Part shown: in pieces, positions 27,602-36,602 of the stretch
Layout: every line of letters starts with the position of its first letter
Numbering within the stretch: the first letter of the stretch is position 1
Source: an uncultured Candidatus Saccharibacteria bacterium
GTDB lineage: Bacteria; Patescibacteriota; Saccharimonadia; Saccharimonadales; Saccharimonadaceae
NCBI GenBank assembly: GCA_937981355.1
Contig: CALJPD010000019.1
Coordinates: forward strand, 1,829 to 65,828
Reading direction: 5' to 3'
DNA: 64,000 bases
Translations under genes and position numbers: made by a program
Notes under the pieces: generated by a model
The model's input: only the letters and a program-made list of their open reading frames with translations
Database searches by the model: none
Told to the model about the DNA's origin: nothing

Positions 27602-28702
27602 ATGAAACTGTCTGTCACACAAGAAAACCTTGCCCGGGCGCTCGGGGTTGTCGGGCGCGTTGCGAGCAACCGAGCTGGCCTGCCGATCTTAAATAATATA
27701 TTATTCCGCACCGAAGGTAATCGCCTTCTTCTCGCTGCGACAAACCTAGAGATTGCCGCCACCTACTATATTGGTGCAAAGGTAGAGATGCCGGGGGTAA
27801 TTACCCTACCGGCTAAACTTGTGAGCGAATTTGTGGCGAATTTGCCGAAGGGGCCGATCGAGCTTGAGGCCGATGGCACGCGTATGACACTGACGTCTGG
27901 CGGGTACACTTCGACGATTAATGGTGTAGTAGCAGATGACTTTCCGGAGCTACCGACGATTGATGAAGAACAATCGGTACGTTATAGCATTGCTGCTGCA
28001 GATTTTAAGCAGGCGACAGCGCAAACCTTGGTAACCTGTAGTAATGATACGACTCGGCCTGTTCTGACTGGTGTGTATTGGCATACAGTGGATGGTGCGC
28101 TGTATATGGCAGCGACGGACGGCTATCGCCTGGCTGAGCGGCGTTTGATGGCAAGCCAGAGCCAGATTGCAGCCATTGTGCCAGCGAGCAGTTTGCAGGA
28201 AGCGCTACGCTCGCTCAGTGACGGCACGGAAGAAGTGGAGGTGCTCTTTGATGAGACGCAGGTGCGTTTTCGGCTAGAGGAAGTGGAGATTACCAGCCGC
28301 TTAATTGATGGCACCTATCCAAACTATCGGCAGCTCATCCCTGCTCAATCAGAGACAAACGTGACGCTTGCAGCAGGCGATTTCTCGCGCGTAGTAAAGG
28401 TGGCAGGGCTCTTTGCGCGTGAGTCTGGTGGCAGTGTCACGCTTACCGCCGACCATGAGGCGCAGAAATTGCGGATTCACTCCGTTGCGTCCGAGCTGGG
28501 CGAAAATACTTCCGAAGCAGAGGCTGAGGTGTCGAGTGATGGGCAAATTACGCTCAATTCGAGGTACATTAGTGATGCATTAGGTGTTCTTGATGGCGAG
28601 ACAATCACCTTCCGCTTTAGTGGTAAGCTCTCGCCCTGTGTCTTAACAGTCGCTCAGCCTGGGCCAAACTATATTCATATTATTATGCCACTGAAGAGCT
28701 AG
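27602..28702 (+). CDS. dnaN: DNA polymerase III beta sliding clamp
   Basis: The MKLSVTQENLARALGVVGRVAS start and 366-aa length fit a three-domain clamp. Position after dnaA. Confidence 0.9.
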   Translation: MKLSVTQENLARALGVVGRVASNRAGLPILNNILFRTEGNRLLLAATNLEIAATYYIGAKVEMPGVITLPAKLVSEFVANLPKGPIELEADGTRMTLTSGGYTSTINGVVADDFPELPTIDEEQSVRYSIAAADFKQATAQTLVTCSNDTTRPVLTGVYWHTVDGALYMAATDGYRLAERRLMASQSQIAAIVPASSLQEALRSLSDGTEEVEVLFDETQVRFRLEEVEITSRLIDGTYPNYRQLIPAQSETNVTLAAGDFSRVVKVAGLFARESGGSVTLTADHEAQKLRIHSVASELGENTSEAEAEVSSDGQITLNSRYISDALGVLDGETITFRFSGKLSPCVLTVAQPGPNYIHIIMPLKS

Positions 28703-28704
28703 CG

Positions 28705-29703
28705 ATGAAGATAACACGGCTAGCAGTGCAGCATGTGCGAATCCATACGCTCAAGACACTCAACCTTGAGCCAGGTACGACGCTGATTTCTGGCCCAAAT
28801 GGCTCTGGTAAGACATCGCTTATTGAGGCGATTCATATTGCGCTGCGTGGTACTTCCTTTCGCGGTAGTGATGAAGCAGTCTGCCAACATGAACAAAAAA
28901 GTTATACAATTGATCTTGCGACGGATGAACAACATTACCGCGTCCAGTACGATCGTCGACATGAGACGAAGCGCAAGCGTTTTATTGTCGATGGTACAAC
29001 CTATGGTCGCCTTCCCTATGGCAAAAAATATCCGATCGTCCTTTTTGAGCCAGACACATTGCGGATTATCACTGGCTCGCCGCAGCGCCGGCGTGATTTT
29101 CTCGATACGCTTATCCAGCAATATGATGCACACTATAGTCACGAACTAAGTCGCTACCACCGAGCACTGCAGCAGCGAAATAAATTACTCAAAGACCCTA
29201 CCCTCAGCGAGGCGGCACTTTTCTCGTGGAATCTTATCTTGAGTCAGTATGGCGCGTCGATCATTACGAAGCGTCAGCGCGTGCTGCGTTATCTTAATGC
29301 AAAAAGCAGTGCTATGTACCAAAGTATTGCGGGCGTAGCGGATAGCGTTGCGCTGCACTACTCGGAGGAGCGCAGTATGACCGCGCAGCAGCTTCTCGCC
29401 GAGTATGAGCAAAAAACAGCGTACGACAAAGCAATTGGCGCGACGAGTGTTGGCCCACACCGGCATGATATCACGGTGCTATTCCGAGGCAATCCGGCCG
29501 CCAAGACTGCATCGCGCGGCGAAACCCGCACCATTGTGCTTGCCCTCAAATTTCTCGAAGCAGCCTACATCCAGCAGCAAACAGGCCAAGCGCCACTCAT
29601 TCTGCTCGACGATGTCTTTGGTGAGCTCGACCAGCAGCGCCAGCAGCGCCTCCTCAGCGAATTCATCGATAACCAGATTGTGATGACGAGTGCGGTGGGG
29701 TAG
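28705..29703 (+). CDS. recF: DNA replication and repair protein RecF
   Basis: Walker A GPNGSGKTSL at the N-terminus, SMC-like signature, and C-terminal Walker B LILLDDVFGELD. Confidence 0.85.
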   Translation: MKITRLAVQHVRIHTLKTLNLEPGTTLISGPNGSGKTSLIEAIHIALRGTSFRGSDEAVCQHEQKSYTIDLATDEQHYRVQYDRRHETKRKRFIVDGTTYGRLPYGKKYPIVLFEPDTLRIITGSPQRRRDFLDTLIQQYDAHYSHELSRYHRALQQRNKLLKDPTLSEAALFSWNLILSQYGASIITKRQRVLRYLNAKSSAMYQSIAGVADSVALHYSEERSMTAQQLLAEYEQKTAYDKAIGATSVGPHRHDITVLFRGNPAAKTASRGETRTIVLALKFLEAAYIQQQTGQAPLILLDDVFGELDQQRQQRLLSEFIDNQIVMTSAVG

Positions 29704-29711
29704 GCTCCACT

Positions 29712-30440
29712 TTATATATCAGTATACATATAGCACCACGGTGGGTTGTTGCCGCCACACGGGACAGCACGCTTCTTTTCTAATTCCTCGGCAGTGGGGT
29801 ATATTTTACCATTGATTTTTATGTCGTATTTATCAATATCTTTGTCGTATTTTTTAAGATAGCTGAGCGCTTGGTCAACCTGTGATTGGCTTGTCTTGTC
29901 TGTTGTGACAATGCATATACCAAGCCGATTTGATCGGTCGGTCGTGCGATATGGGTTGCAGGTAACAATATAAAACCAACGCGAGTAGCGAGGAAGTTTA
30001 TTAATAAGAGGACTGTCTTGAGATATCTTTGCTCCTCCTTGTGTTGTTTCGTGACCCCCGATTGCTTCGCGGATATCATTATATCTTTCCCTCTTCGCTT
30101 CCCTCTTCGCCTCCTCGGTTAGCGGCTTCATGGCAAAGAATAACTTCTTTTCTTCGCCTTGCTTGAGATCTAACTTAACCTGGTGGTCGGCAAACCCTTT
30201 GGCTCGGAATATGTATGTGTATGACCCACTTTTTACGGCGTGTTTTGTCCGCGTTGTTACCTTTTGGTCTTTGATTGTATCATACGAGACAGTGAGATTA
30301 TCGGGGATAGCATAGACAAGGATAGTACTGTCGTATTTGAGATTATCAACAAAGCGATATATCGTAAAAGCAATCATGCCAACGGCAAGCAGTGCAAATA
30401 TTGCGATAACTTGGTTACGTTTTTGATTGAGTATTTCCAT
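29712..30440 (-). CDS. Hypothetical bitopic protein, last gene of the T4SS operon (VirB8/TcpC-like candidate)
   Basis: N-terminal TM helix IAIFALLAVGMIAFTIY followed by an approximately 200-aa extracytoplasmic domain with a C-terminal CGGNNPPWC. GAGGA SD 6 nt upstream. Overlaps the upstream hydrolase gene by 26 nt. Confidence 0.45.
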   Translation of the reverse strand: MEILNQKRNQVIAIFALLAVGMIAFTIYRFVDNLKYDSTILVYAIPDNLTVSYDTIKDQKVTTRTKHAVKSGSYTYIFRAKGFADHQVKLDLKQGEEKKLFFAMKPLTEEAKREAKRERYNDIREAIGGHETTQGGAKISQDSPLINKLPRYSRWFYIVTCNPYRTTDRSNRLGICIVTTDKTSQSQVDQALSYLKKYDKDIDKYDIKINGKIYPTAEELEKKRAVPCGGNNPPWCYMYTDI

Positions 30441-31794
30441 TGACTGTCCTCGCTAATACAACACCCGAGTTTCCAAGCATCCACTCGATTGTTCCTTGAT
30501 TAATATAAGATGGGACGTGATCATATTGAGAAGCTTGCGCACCGACAAACCCATTACCAAGATCACCTAAATAAAACAGTGTATGACCATTAAAGACTAG
30601 AATATCGCCAGGCTGTAAATCCCCCATACTTGGGGATTCTTTAGTATAGTATTTCTCAGGATGGCTGAGGACATAAGGCCGCTGGTTGACTGTTCCAGCC
30701 GGTGGGTAATTTGGGTCTGCTCCACTCATACGCATCACTGTTGCAACGTATTTGCCGCAGTCTGTGTAGTCACCACCCGCTTCTGGATTATACTGCTGGC
30801 GAGCATTTCGGTATTCTTCTTTTTCACCACCATTACCAACTCGCCGTCCGTCCTCCCAAGCAAGACTCTTGGCTGTTTCAACGATTGATCCACCGGCGGC
30901 ACTCTTATTACCATTTGCGGTGCAACCTCCGGTCGAAGCATTTTGGGCGTTAGTGCCATTGTTATTACCACCTTCGACTTGGATTTGGGATGAAGGCGGA
31001 GACAAGTTTTCTTCCTTGACAATCTGCTCAATCTTGTCAATATATTCGGTGACAGTCGAGACGTATTGACTGTCGGTAGCATAGCCAGCATTTTTGATTT
31101 CCTGGAGGTATTTGCGTGGGTCGCCGGGGTATTTGAGGGCTTCGCTATAGCGTGAGTTACTAGTGATGAATTCGCCATAGCCAAGCCAGCCAGCCTCGAC
31201 GGTAGGATATTTGCGAAAACCATCAACGATTGTTGTCCGGCCAGAGGAGTATTCTTCCTCTGTTTCCATATCGATTACCTCGCCCGACCAATTTCCGCCA
31301 GCCTTGATGCCGTGGAAGTTGTTTGCCTTGACGGTAAGACCAGATTTACCATAACCAGACTCAATAACTCCCTGAGCGAGGACCGTCTCGTATGGCGTGC
31401 CATACTTTTTGTTCGTTTCGACAGCCATCTTGACATACTTACGGACGAAGTCCTTGAGGTCTTCTGCTGCAGTCCCGCTACTACCGTCGCTACTGCTGGT
31501 GGTGCTGGTAGAGCAGGTTGCTGCGTCGGGGTCGAAATGTTCGATGTAGTTGCCAGAAAAGAATCTTGCATCTAAGGCTGAAGCAGGAGTTGACACGAGA
31601 GAGAATACTATCGCAAAAACAAGAGAACTTATTCGATAAATGGTAGTGCAGCGAGAAAAGAGTTTCGTCGATGGCGAAAAAAGAGACAGAAAGCTAAGTA
31701 ATCGTTGCCGAATATATATTCGGCAACGAGCGATAAAAACGCAAAGAAAGTATAGACACCGAGTAAAAGTAATGTGAATCCATCGTATGATCAT
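30415..31794 (-). CDS. CwlT-like bifunctional cell-wall hydrolase (glucosaminidase/muramidase domain + NlpC/P60-like peptidase)
   Basis: Central LAQGVIESGYGKS...NNFHGIK...GYATDSQYV (Pfam Glucosaminidase/FlgJ-like). C-terminal CGKYVATVM...GDILVFNGHTLFYLGD (Cys...His papain-like). Start chosen at the ATG that overlaps the upstream TGA as ATGA, with GGAGGG 5 nt upstream. Confidence 0.6.
   Translation of the reverse strand: MIIRWIHITFTRCLYFLCVFIARCRIYIRQRLLSFLSLFSPSTKLFSRCTTIYRISSLVFAIVFSLVSTPASALDARFFSGNYIEHFDPDAATCSTSTTSSSDGSSGTAAEDLKDFVRKYVKMAVETNKKYGTPYETVLAQGVIESGYGKSGLTVKANNFHGIKAGGNWSGEVIDMETEEEYSSGRTTIVDGFRKYPTVEAGWLGYGEFITSNSRYSEALKYPGDPRKYLQEIKNAGYATDSQYVSTVTEYIDKIEQIVKEENLSPPSSQIQVEGGNNNGTNAQNASTGGCTANGNKSAAGGSIVETAKSLAWEDGRRVGNGGEKEEYRNARQQYNPEAGGDYTDCGKYVATVMRMSGADPNYPPAGTVNQRPYVLSHPEKYYTKESPSMGDLQPGDILVFNGHTLFYLGDLGNGFVGAQASQYDHVPSYINQGTIEWMLGNSGVVLARTVNGNTQSKT
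31705..31726. repeat. 22-bp perfect palindrome TTGCCGAATATATATTCGGCAA inside the 5-prime region of the CwlT-like gene
   Basis: The sequence is self-complementary across all 22 nt. On the minus strand it is followed about 15 nt later by a UUUUUU run. Confidence 0.6.
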
Positions 31795-34760
31795 GATGAC
31801 CCTCCAATGCGTCGAGCATATTCCCAGTGCCATGCCTCTGGTTTGCTACCATTTGGTTCTGCCCATTCAGGGTGGACATAGCCATACTTATGAGCGTTAG
31901 CTTTGAGCCAATTGTAAGTAGAAGAACCAAAGTCTCCCACGCTGATATCTGCTGCGAGCCCCCAGCCATGGTTCGAGCTACACGGTGGCGCTGGCTTGGC
32001 GAGGCCACCTTGGTATAGTGGGTCACCTGGTGTTGCGTATGCAATTTGTCGTTGGCAGTCTCGGTATGCCTCATTAATACCGAAATCAGCACCAGTTTCT
32101 GCTTTGTATGCTTTGTTCATTTCTTCCATAGCGGTGGCGGCTTGTTTATGCATCCTCTCGCCGGATGAAAATGACAGAGCTACCAAGTCGCCTTCTGCCA
32201 GCTCGCCGTTTTTAAGACCATTCCACGTTGATATAGAATCGCCGCCTTCTGCAGCAGGCTGGGCTTGGTTGAATTCTGGCTCACCAACTGCCGAGCCACT
32301 GGGGGTGTTACTGCTAGATTGGTTTGTTCCACCACCTCCACCAGAGATTGGTTCATTGTCCATGGTGTCGACGACGCGTTGGTCGATCGTGAAGAGTGCA
32401 GCATTGACTTTTTCTTCAGAATCAAACTTGCAATAATCAGTATCGACACCATTCTCGCCATCAGTGCCTTTGCCACATTTTTCTTGCCATTCTTTGAGCG
32501 TGCCGCCAGTTGCTTCGCCTGTTTCTTCGTTGTATTGCCCAGCAAGAGATTGGGCGACATCGTCGGGATCTTTATCAAGATTGAGCGCACCATACGATAT
32601 ATTGCAAAATGGCCCAGCAGCGACGTCTTTGGGGATATTTGGGTCATCGCACGCTTGCCAAATCTTTTTCATGCGATCTGTTTCGGTATTAGCGCTAACT
32701 TTGTTGCCAAAGAAGGCCGGTACGATATTCTTAGGGAGCGATACAAGATTATGAACAAAACTACTAAGATTAGAAAAGCTGCCCATGTATGGAATAAATG
32801 AACTATAGAGACTTCCCATAAAGGTATATGGCGATGTTGCGTCAAAGGGGCTCCGCTCAACGCGTTGCTCGGCGGCATAGGCAAGATTGAGATGAGCTGT
32901 TTCTCGTTCGTAGGCAATTGTTTGGTCAACATTGAGCATGCCGTTACCGCCCGCTGCTGCTGCTTCGGAGAACATATTTACTGCACCACTCGTTAGAGCA
33001 TCCCCAGCATCTTCGCCAACGGTAGCGCTACTCACGAGGGTGCCCGCCATAGAATTTATGAGCTTACTGAGAATTGGCGCAAGTACAGCAGAAATAACAG
33101 GAGCAGCTAAATTTGAGACTAACTCACCGACGACACTTGTCCATCCACCAACAACACTCATGAGAAGCTGACCACCAGTACTATTGATAACCTTGCAGGA
33201 TGTTTTCAGCGCACCAATATTAGCCCCAAGGGCATTGGCAACGCCACCCATCTTCCGGGCCCACCCTCCGCCAGGGACATATTCCGTCCAGTTGGAGGTA
33301 CCAGTTGGGGCTATTTCTTTTAGTAAGCCGTACTTGAGACCCATTCCGTCGGTTGCGGCTTTTTTGGTTACATTGCCAGCTTTGTTGACGAGTACAGTAG
33401 TCAGAATCGTCCCAAGTACAGCAACGGCTATATAATCTGTTGAGCCAGCTTTAATATTATCTGCCATCGTAAAGAACATCATGGCATAGCTAATGACCTG
33501 CGTCATTTGAATGAGGCGAATTGTCTTACTGATAGACTTAGCACCATCTTGCACCATACAGAGGCCACCAGCAATCATAGCGACAATATTACCAGTTTTG
33601 CCGACACCGTTTTTGATAATATTGGCAGCTGCTTCCTTAGTAACAGATTTTGTTGCTCCTTCAGTTCCTTCACCTACTGCTTCTTTAGCGGCTTTGCCAA
33701 CATCGGTATCTTCAGTAACCTTTTCTTTGCCTTCATCGTCATTTTCCTTGGCTTCATATTTGCCTTTCATTTCTTGGCCTTTGGTATTTTTGTCGATGCT
33801 TTCGCGGACTTCTTTCTCGCTTTTGGCACCAGCGAGCTTGTTTTTCTTGGTAAGAGAGAATTTTTTTATGACGCCATTGTTAAACACTTTATCGAAGAAA
33901 GCGACCCAACGCGGTGCATATGCGCGGTGCATAATTGCTCTGAGCTCAGGCTTCTCATAATATAATTTTTTAAAATCTTTGGCGCTAATTGTTTCCTGGG
34001 TGCCATTAGGGTAGGTGACACGCAGATTCTCGATTTTTTCACCGATTGTGGACTTTTTTGCATCAAACCCATCGGAAGCTTTGACGACATTCCCTTCCTT
34101 GTCGAGGGCTTCAACATTATTTTTTTCAAATTGCTTTAGCAGCCGATTCGAAACACGATTATAGCGGCATCGTACATTCACAACCGAACAAAGGCCATCG
34201 GTTGCAGTGTTTTGGATGCGCTTGAACATCACCTTATTAGCGCGTCGTTCGAAGCTGGTATTTTGTGAATTCCAGTGGTTGGTGAGATTTTCTTTGATAT
34301 GAAGCAAAAGTAGGCTTGGCCCACCAAAAAATGAGAGCATTGAGCCACCACCAAGCAAAATAGCGCCAAGGATACCCATTGGCCCGCCCTTCTTAGAGAA
34401 GATAGCACTCCGCGCCTTGGCAAAACGAGATTTGGGTTCAGAGAGTTTACTGTCTGGCGGGACTACCTTATTGAACCAGTTATTATCGCTCCAGTTACTT
34501 CCTGGCGCGCCTTCTTGGCCTCGGACGGAGTTGGCATAGTCGCTGCCAGTTGTACTAGTACTGTTGGCGTTATTATGGGCGGATGAGCCACTCCCGCTAT
34601 TCTCGCGTGACTGGAGGTCTTGGGCGGTGTTGGATTGGCTATGATCACTACTGCCAGCATGGTTATTCCGACCAGCGAAGGTGTCGTTGCTCCAATGCGT
34701 ATTCCCCGGATTATGCCGGTCGAGGTCGGGTTTTTGTTGGGAAGGAATAGGGGTAGGCAT
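31791..34760 (-). CDS. T4SS-associated large polytopic membrane protein with C-terminal peptidase M15 (VanY/D-Ala-D-Ala carboxypeptidase-like) domain
   Basis: 989 aa. Ser/Asn/Gly-rich N-terminus, multiple TM helices in the middle, and a C-terminal HGWGLAADI...EAWHWEY zinc-peptidase M15 signature. Confidence 0.55.
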   Translation of the reverse strand: MPTPIPSQQKPDLDRHNPGNTHWSNDTFAGRNNHAGSSDHSQSNTAQDLQSRENSGSGSSAHNNANSTSTTGSDYANSVRGQEGAPGSNWSDNNWFNKVVPPDSKLSEPKSRFAKARSAIFSKKGGPMGILGAILLGGGSMLSFFGGPSLLLLHIKENLTNHWNSQNTSFERRANKVMFKRIQNTATDGLCSVVNVRCRYNRVSNRLLKQFEKNNVEALDKEGNVVKASDGFDAKKSTIGEKIENLRVTYPNGTQETISAKDFKKLYYEKPELRAIMHRAYAPRWVAFFDKVFNNGVIKKFSLTKKNKLAGAKSEKEVRESIDKNTKGQEMKGKYEAKENDDEGKEKVTEDTDVGKAAKEAVGEGTEGATKSVTKEAAANIIKNGVGKTGNIVAMIAGGLCMVQDGAKSISKTIRLIQMTQVISYAMMFFTMADNIKAGSTDYIAVAVLGTILTTVLVNKAGNVTKKAATDGMGLKYGLLKEIAPTGTSNWTEYVPGGGWARKMGGVANALGANIGALKTSCKVINSTGGQLLMSVVGGWTSVVGELVSNLAAPVISAVLAPILSKLINSMAGTLVSSATVGEDAGDALTSGAVNMFSEAAAAGGNGMLNVDQTIAYERETAHLNLAYAAEQRVERSPFDATSPYTFMGSLYSSFIPYMGSFSNLSSFVHNLVSLPKNIVPAFFGNKVSANTETDRMKKIWQACDDPNIPKDVAAGPFCNISYGALNLDKDPDDVAQSLAGQYNEETGEATGGTLKEWQEKCGKGTDGENGVDTDYCKFDSEEKVNAALFTIDQRVVDTMDNEPISGGGGGTNQSSSNTPSGSAVGEPEFNQAQPAAEGGDSISTWNGLKNGELAEGDLVALSFSSGERMHKQAATAMEEMNKAYKAETGADFGINEAYRDCQRQIAYATPGDPLYQGGLAKPAPPCSSNHGWGLAADISVGDFGSSTYNWLKANAHKYGYVHPEWAEPNGSKPEAWHWEYARRIGGSS

Positions 34761-34766
34761 AATGAA

Positions 34767-36602
34767 CTACGACCTCACTGGCTGCTGGTATAAGCTGTTA
34801 TTGGCCACTGGGTTGGTGGTAATGAATTGTGTCTCAGTCTCGCTGGCAAAAATGCGGATATGGACGTGGTTTTGCCCAGCAAAGAAGAGGCCATCTCCCA
34901 CAGGGAAGTTAGATAGACGCTTACGCTCCTCCTCGGTGAGCTTGAAGACCTCAGCTAGCACATCCACCGCACTGGTCGATTGCTTTAGCAAGAGTTGAAG
35001 CGAGCTGTTTGCTACAATAGCTCGGCCCTTCTCGCTCCCCATAAAATCCTCTACGTCCTGTGTGATAGTCGTCAGACCCAGAGAGTACTTACGAGCTCGC
35101 TTGGCTAGGCTGTGGAGAAATTCTGCCGAGTCTTCGTACTTCATCAACTGCCAGGCCTCATCGACGATCAGCATCCTCCGGCGTTGTACGGTGCGAGCGA
35201 TATTCCAGATGTGGCTCAGCACAATATACATCGCTACTGGCCGCAGGTCGTCCTCGAGGTCGCGGATATTAAACACCACCATGCTGTTATTGATATCAAC
35301 ATTGCTTTGCTGGCTAAAGATGCCAGCAAAGGTACCCGTGGTGTATTTGCGCAGGCGCTGGGCCAGTGACGGCCCTGCTCCACCCATGTGAAGGAGAGTA
35401 TCGTAGAGGTCGATGATAGTCGGTGGCTGAGAATTATGTGTTAGTGGATCGCTGGTAATACCAGCCCGGGCGTAGGTATCGATAAGTGCTTGGTCGAGAT
35501 CGGCCTCTTCAGCTGGGCTGAGCAAGGCAATCTGTTGCCCACCCACCAATGTGCCGCCCAACATAAGCTTGAAGAGCCGCTGCAGGGTGATGAGATTAGC
35601 GCGCAGGGCGTCGGTTGCTTCGTCGCTGTCGATTACTCGGGGGAGGTCAAAAGGATTAATTCGCGTATCGCTACTGAGGCTGAGGCGAATGTAACTGCCG
35701 CCGACTGCATCAGCTAATTTCTGGTACTCGTTCTCCGGGTCGATGACGAGGATGTCGGTGCCAAGCATCATACTGCGCAGTGCCTCGAGCTTAACGGTGA
35801 AGGATTTACCAGCACCAGACTTTGCAAAGACGACCATATTTGCATTCTCAAGGCTAAAGCGGTCGAAAATAACGAGTCCTTGGTTGTGCTGGTTGACGCC
35901 GTAGAGAATACCCTCGCCGTCGCTGAGGTCGGCACTGGTAAAGGGAAAGCTCGTGCTCACCGCACCAGTGTTCATGTTGCGGCGGACTTGCAGTTGGTCG
36001 GTCATTTGGGGGATGGTGCTGTTGAGGCCTTGCTCTTGCTGGTTGCTGGCGGTCTTGCTATAGACCATATTTTGGCCAAAGATTGTCTCGATGACGTGCT
36101 GGACAAAGCTTAGCTCCTCGAGGCTATCGGCATAAAGGGTGACATAGAGTCCAAAGCGGAAGAAGCGTTCGGCCCCAAGCTGTAGCTGGTCGCGCAATTC
36201 CTCGGCGTCAGCCAGAGCGGCCTCGCGGGCTGGGTCACGCACCTTACCCTTCTCGGAATTAAGTGCCATATCGGCCTCAAGCTGAGTCACCTTCTTGCGG
36301 AGGTTATTAAGGACGATCTCTGTCTCAACAGGGTAAATAAACATGCTAATATCGAGCACTTGGTCGATGTTGATCAATCCTGACAGCCAGCCTGTGTAGA
36401 GCTCACGTGGGTAGCCATAGATGTAAAGTGTGCGGCCATACTTGGTGCCAATGCGGAAGTACGTGCTGTGAATCTCGAGACTGCTGGGAGCGATTAAGTC
36501 GCGCAGTGTCGTCATCCCCTTGATAAAGGCTTCTTCTACCTCTGCTTGCTCGCGCTCGCGCTGCTGGGCAGCAATGTCGATTGGATCGGGTCGTCGTGCC
36601 AT
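34767..36602 (-). CDS. virB4: VirB4/TraE/ConE-family T4SS ATPase, C-terminal 611-aa part (central and ATPase domains)
   Basis: Walker A FAKSGAGKSF about 260 aa from its start, Walker B-like ML(I)VDEAW, and a conserved ...TKYGRTLYIYGYP...GWL block of VirB4. AAGGAG SD 8 nt upstream of an ATG that overlaps the upstream TAA as TAATG. Confidence 0.7.
   Translation of the reverse strand: MARRPDPIDIAAQQREREQAEVEEAFIKGMTTLRDLIAPSSLEIHSTYFRIGTKYGRTLYIYGYPRELYTGWLSGLINIDQVLDISMFIYPVETEIVLNNLRKKVTQLEADMALNSEKGKVRDPAREAALADAEELRDQLQLGAERFFRFGLYVTLYADSLEELSFVQHVIETIFGQNMVYSKTASNQQEQGLNSTIPQMTDQLQVRRNMNTGAVSTSFPFTSADLSDGEGILYGVNQHNQGLVIFDRFSLENANMVVFAKSGAGKSFTVKLEALRSMMLGTDILVIDPENEYQKLADAVGGSYIRLSLSSDTRINPFDLPRVIDSDEATDALRANLITLQRLFKLMLGGTLVGGQQIALLSPAEEADLDQALIDTYARAGITSDPLTHNSQPPTIIDLYDTLLHMGGAGPSLAQRLRKYTTGTFAGIFSQQSNVDINNSMVVFNIRDLEDDLRPVAMYIVLSHIWNIARTVQRRRMLIVDEAWQLMKYEDSAEFLHSLAKRARKYSLGLTTITQDVEDFMGSEKGRAIVANSSLQLLLKQSTSAVDVLAEVFKLTEEERKRLSNFPVGDGLFFAGQNHVHIRIFASETETQFITTNPVANNSLYQQPVRS

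Noticed and set aside
31795-31833. Longer N-terminus for the CwlT-like ORF starting at 31833
   Set aside because: It would overlap the upstream gene by 43 nt. The ATG at 31794 forms an ATGA overlap with the upstream stop and has a GGAGGG SD at ideal spacing.
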